From the NCBI GenBank assembly GCA_965370415.1, contig CBDUTJ010000004.1:30665-94664 (forward strand): 64,000 bases of DNA, in the 5' to 3' direction. How positions within the stretch are numbered: position 1 is the stretch's first letter; the number at the start of each line of letters is the position of its first letter. Source of the DNA: an uncultured bacterium (GTDB lineage: Bacteria > Cloacimonadota > Cloacimonadia > Cloacimonadales > TCS61). Shown one piece after another: positions 63,415 through 64,000 of this stretch. Below the pieces are notes generated by a model. The model was not told the DNA's origin. It saw only the letters and a list, made by a program, of their open reading frames with translations, and made no database searches. The position numbers and the translations under genes were made by a program.

Positions 63415-63798
63415 CTATTTCTTTATATCTTCTTTTTTGGATTTAATTCCTAATACTCTTTTGAATTTATTTATTCTTCTTTTCTTAAGAATTTTTTTCT
63501 GAGCACGTTCATCTTTGTACATTTCAACATCTAGTTCATCGATTCTTTTTAAAAGAAGCTTTATATATTTGTCTTTTTCCAGGATAACGGCGAATTCCTG
63601 GTACTCTTTGGAATTGAAAATAATCTCTGCAAAAGGTGCCATAAAATACATTAACTGGCTGCCGATACGAGCAAGAGGGCGCAACGATTCGATCGTCATG
63701 ATAGCAGGAGCTGCCATGCGACGCTTAACGATAAATTGAGAAATCTTCTCAATTAATTCCAGTGCTCTTTCCTGGCTTATTTCTACTATTATATCCAT
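63415..63798 (-). CDS. Hypothetical small protein with basic C-terminal tail
   Basis: 127 aa. It ends 14 nt upstream of the GlmL-like gene start. No recognisable motif. Confidence 0.45.
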   Translation of the reverse strand: MDIIVEISQERALELIEKISQFIVKRRMAAPAIMTIESLRPLARIGSQLMYFMAPFAEIIFNSKEYQEFAVILEKDKYIKLLLKRIDELDVEMYKDERAQKKILKKRRINKFKRVLGIKSKKEDIKK

Positions 63799-63874
63799 AA
63801 TTATTACTATAATTTAATTAATCTGGTAAAAAATCTTTTTGCTCTCTCTATTGTCAAGTCATTGATTCCGTGCT

Positions 63875-64000
63875 TTATAGTGCTCTGGCAATAGTTAATA
63901 CATAAATTTTTCCGGCATGGTTTTTCTTTAGGAGCTTACAAATAGAATTAGCAGTGGCACCAGTAGTGAATACATCATCTACGATGAGAATATTTTTATT
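63875..64000 (-). CDS. Phosphoribosyltransferase-fold protein, ComF-family-like; only the C-terminal 41 codons lie in the window
   Basis: Not in the ORF track. My translation is NKNILIVDDVFTTGATANSICKLLKKNHAGKIYVLTIARAL*, which carries the PRPP-binding motif (VDDVxTTGAT). Confidence 0.65.
   Translation of the reverse strand, partial: NKNILIVDDVFTTGATANSICKLLKKNHAGKIYVLTIARAL

Noticed and set aside
62882-63502. 206-aa and 113-aa plus-strand ORFs
   Set aside because: They are antisense to the GlmL/MutL-like gene and the 127-aa gene. There is no RBS or motif, and the composition is typical of shadow frames.

Overview
This is an AT-rich chromosomal segment from a diderm bacterium that uses a type IX secretion system (T9SS). 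At least six proteins end in T9SS-type C-terminal sorting domains (CTDs), and BamD, SurA-like chaperones and PorV/PorQ-like barrels are present. That fits an uncultured FCB-superphylum lineage, possibly Cloacimonadota-like, but the taxonomy is inference only.

The window spans the replication origin. dnaA (37006-38343) has clusters of perfect TTATCCACA boxes on both sides, and the coding strand switches there.

Most genes are housekeeping: efp, greA, nadD, glk, glnA, tyrS, pgpA, yajC, def, fmt, rsgA, nadK, recN, eno and recJ.

The standout is a visibly more AT-rich, tightly packed four-gene minus-strand operon (24960-29899) between glk and glnA. It encodes:
- an SMC/Rad50-like ABC ATPase with a Cys4 motif in its coiled coil;
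- a small middle protein;
- a two-domain protein with a C-terminal PD-(D/E)xK nuclease motif;
- an amino-DNA-methyltransferase.
I read it as a candidate novel defence system: an ABC-3C/Lamassu-like module fused to methylation-based self-marking.

Other points of interest:
- an archaeal-style geranylgeranyl reductase plus ferredoxin (missing from the ORF track), operonic with a polyprenol kinase and a polyprenyl-phosphate glycosyltransferase;
- an M6-like metalloprotease with HQxxH in place of HExxH;
- perfect palindromes, one an identical 26-nt block, encoding the variable loop of three T9SS sorting domains;
- an orphan 3' gene fragment next to oriC;
- MITE-like intergenic repeats;
- a four-segment alternative-hairpin leader upstream of glnA;
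- a GlmL/MutL-like ATPase cluster without mutase genes, interrupted by a GxxExxY nuclease gene.

I found no rRNA, tRNA, CRISPR array, integrase or transposase by eye. All functional calls rest on motif recognition from memory. No database search was run.
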